A stretch of DNA of 64,000 nucleotides from Selaginella moellendorffii. Its lineage: Eukaryota; Plantae; Lycopodiophyta. The stretch lies in contig NW_003314263.1 of assembly GCF_000143415.4 (NCBI RefSeq), forward strand, positions 870,165-934,164, written 5' to 3'. Positions 61,958 through 64,000 of this stretch are shown here, piece after piece. The translations under genes and the position numbers were made by a program. Numbering within the stretch: position 1 is the first letter of the stretch; each line of letters begins with the position of its first letter. The notes under the pieces are model-generated. The model worked only from the letters and a program-made list of their open reading frames with translations, had not been told where the DNA came from and made no database searches.

Positions 61958-62434
61958 ATGGCCTCGGGAGGGCCTCTTCTCGCTCTCGACGATCTCATCC
62001 ATGATCTTAGCAAAGATCCAGCATCACCGAATTTCCCCTGGTTGGATCGCCCATCAGCAACGCAACAAGATGATCATCTCCCTCAGGATCTCGATCTCGT
62101 AGAGGTGCTTTCTCTTTCTTTCAATCCCTCGATCAGTGCTCAGGAATACCACCGTTGCAGGAAATCCAGGAGACCTGCCGCGATCTCAATGCCGCATTGG
62201 AGCGCCCCGGCTACGCTTGGACCTCGCTCAACCAGAAGGTGGGTCGCCTCCATCGGTCGATTCCTCCCCAATTTCTCATGTGGGTCGTGTGGGAAATCTC
62301 AGCTATGCACGAGCCTGGCCGCGGCAGCCGAGATCGTTCGAATCAGCCACGCGAATTTCGCGCAATTGCTCCAGAAACTCCAGGCCCTGCGCGCGATTGT
62401 TAGCAGGGGAGAAGGAACCCTAAAGATGGTATAA
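61958..62434 (+). CDS. Second copy of the 118-aa coiled-coil gene
   Basis: ORFs identical to 52668-53144. Confidence 0.63.
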   Translation: MASGGPLLALDDLIHDLSKDPASPNFPWLDRPSATQQDDHLPQDLDLVEVLSLSFNPSISAQEYHRCRKSRRPAAISMPHWSAPATLGPRSTRRWVASIGRFLPNFSCGSCGKSQLCTSLAAAAEIVRISHANFAQLLQKLQALRAIVSRGEGTLKMV

Positions 62435-62717
62435 ATGCCGAGTATATTCTCTTAGGGTAGGGCGTAACAATTTTGCTGTAAAGTATATCTTTAGAATATG
62501 CTCATTTCAATCTAGATCTATGCGCGACAAATCTCGATTTCGCGCTAGAAATCTTGATTTCTACTGTAGGAATTGCTCTGGTCGGTGTGTGCTCACCAAG
62601 GGAGAATCTGCTGTGTACCCGATTTTTTTCGAGTACCAGAATTAATGGTTTTTTGTTCTTCTCTTTTATATCCAGATCGAGAGTGTGAGGCTTCTTCCAA
62701 GAGGGCAATTGTTCTAG

Positions 62718-63118
62718 AATGTTTGGAGGTGGATACAGGAAAGGCGATGGATTGCCTGCTGTAAGCACTGCGAACATTTTCTCTGCGCTTAAGCGAAAAT
62801 CCAGCAAGAAGAAGTCGGACAAGCATGCATTGCAAAGCAGCCAGAGTAGTTTTGGGTGCCAAGTCCGGCTACCGTCAAGTCTTGGGCCGATGTCGAGGAC
62901 GACAACGATTACTTTGCGACCACCGCTCTGCTGCCAACCATAACAACAAAGGCCTCGCAGGAATCCTCTGTGAACCCTGACTTGAATCACTTGGAGGTAA
63001 CCATCTTTTTTCGTAGCTCTCCTCTTTTTTCTTTTCTGTTCTTCCTGATGGTATTTATGTTAGGATTCGATGATGATGCCGACAAAGAGGTCGAAGAAGA
63101 GAAAAGCGGTTTCGTAAT
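62718..63118 (+). pseudogene. Second copy of the KSWAD-motif protein 5' fragment
   Basis: Direct copy of 53440-53840. Confidence 0.58.
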
Positions 63119-63122
63119 TCCA

Positions 63123-63288
63123 TGCCCCATGTCAATCACGTCCAAAACGTTTTCGTGTTTGCAATTTACCATGATCTCAAGCTCCTTGAGGATTTGCTTG
63201 TGAACCTCCTTATTTCCTAGCACTACTCTCTCGCCCAGATGATCGTATCCATGCGCCACCGCAGACGCATAGTTATATCTGCCCAACA
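63123..63288 (-). pseudogene. A'' inverted partial duplicate, third copy
   Basis: Direct copy of 53845-54010. Confidence 0.76.
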
Positions 63289-63432
63289 GTTTATGGAGAA
63301 TCGCGCCCTAAAACCCTAAACCCAAATTTTCGACACTCGGATTTGAACCCCAATCGGCCACCCTTTTTCGTCGCCTTTACTGCGACTATAAAAGAGAGTG
63401 TTCCTCCATAGGGTTTCTCCATAGCTTGAGAA

Positions 63433-64000
63433 ATGAAAGTGTTGGGCAGATATAACTATGCGTCTGGATATGGCGAAAGCTCTGTGGTGGCGCATGGATA
63501 CGATGATCTGGGCGAGAGAGTCGTGATAAAAAATATGGGTAAAGGCAAGGAGGTTCACAAGCAAATCCTCAAGGAGTTTGAGATCATGGTAAATTGCAAA
63601 CATGAAAACGTTTTGGACGTGATTGACATGGGGCTAGACAAGGACGGGAATTACTACATGGTATTCGAGCATACTAATGGTAACGTGTTGGAGTATCTAC
63701 AAATGGACCTTTCGAAAGCTGGCAAAGAATCGGAGCTTGGTTCGAGGTTTTTCACCAGGGAAGAGAAGATCAAGGAGATAATGCGCCAGCTCCTTCTAGG
63801 GCTTGCATGGCTGCATGAACGTGGGGTGGCGCACCAGGGCATGACAAAAGATAACGTCCTGGTGAAGGTCAAAGGATGTGATTTCAAGGTGAAGCTGGGC
63901 GATTTTAGCTGTGCGAGGAGGCTTTGCAACAATCCCCCAGAAACAACCCTGAAAGTGGGAACTGCAGTGGACATATGGAGTGCTGGGATATTGCTAGTGG
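63433..64000 (+). CDS. Kinase-fold type A' pseudokinase; frame open to the window end (3'-incomplete; not in the ORF track)
   Basis: ATG at 63433, MKVLGRYNY...GVAHQGMTKDNVLVKVKGCDFKVKLGDFSCARR...VGTAVDIWSAGILLV, without the stop or frameshift seen in the other copies. Confidence 0.75.
   Translation, partial: MKVLGRYNYASGYGESSVVAHGYDDLGERVVIKNMGKGKEVHKQILKEFEIMVNCKHENVLDVIDMGLDKDGNYYMVFEHTNGNVLEYLQMDLSKAGKESELGSRFFTREEKIKEIMRQLLLGLAWLHERGVAHQGMTKDNVLVKVKGCDFKVKLGDFSCARRLCNNPPETTLKVGTAVDIWSAGILLV

Larger units (their letters stand above)
47573..64000 (+). repeat. ~9.28 kb tandem direct duplication: unit 1 ~47573-56855, unit 2 from ~56856 to beyond the window end
   Basis: ORF pairs offset by 9254-9296 bp: 50369/59623, 51309/60605, 52668/61958 and 54142/63433. 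Confidence 0.93.

Noticed and set aside
1-64000. CRISPR arrays, rRNA genes or prokaryotic operons
   Set aside because: The sequence is eukaryotic with spliceosomal introns. No regularly spaced short repeats or rRNA-like segments were seen.

Overview
Eukaryotic land-plant nuclear DNA. The very short (~50-60 bp) GT-AG introns, intergenic gaps under 200 bp and the style of the PLS-class PPR fragments suggest a lycophyte such as Selaginella; this is inference only. Bases 1-13.5 kb are a compact housekeeping block: an intronless CHY/RING E3 ligase, a LAG1-type ceramide synthase, EMC1, PRCC, an intronless pseudokinase and UTP21. From ~13.56 kb to the end the window is a highly rearranged array of intronless, soluble Ser/Thr kinase genes of three divergent types. 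Type A/A' lacks the catalytic Asp, type B is non-RD (HQD), and type C is a canonical HRD kinase with a basic NLS-like tail. The array consists of a ~20 kb palindrome centred on a 3'-truncated Ty3/gypsy element, a second ~14.5 kb palindrome, nested shorter fold-backs, and a ~9.3 kb tandem duplication. It also carries decayed CACTA-type transposase copies, PPR fragments, PPR-kinase chimeras, a copy of the UTP21 promoter, and a captured 3 kb block of host genes (PHO1 5' half, organellar RPS21, a small coiled-coil gene, and another 5' fragment). The four type-C kinase copies stay intact and pair by palindrome, while most other copies are decaying. Two N gaps mean the long-range structure needs long-read confirmation. 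Most repeat boundaries are read by eye and are approximate.
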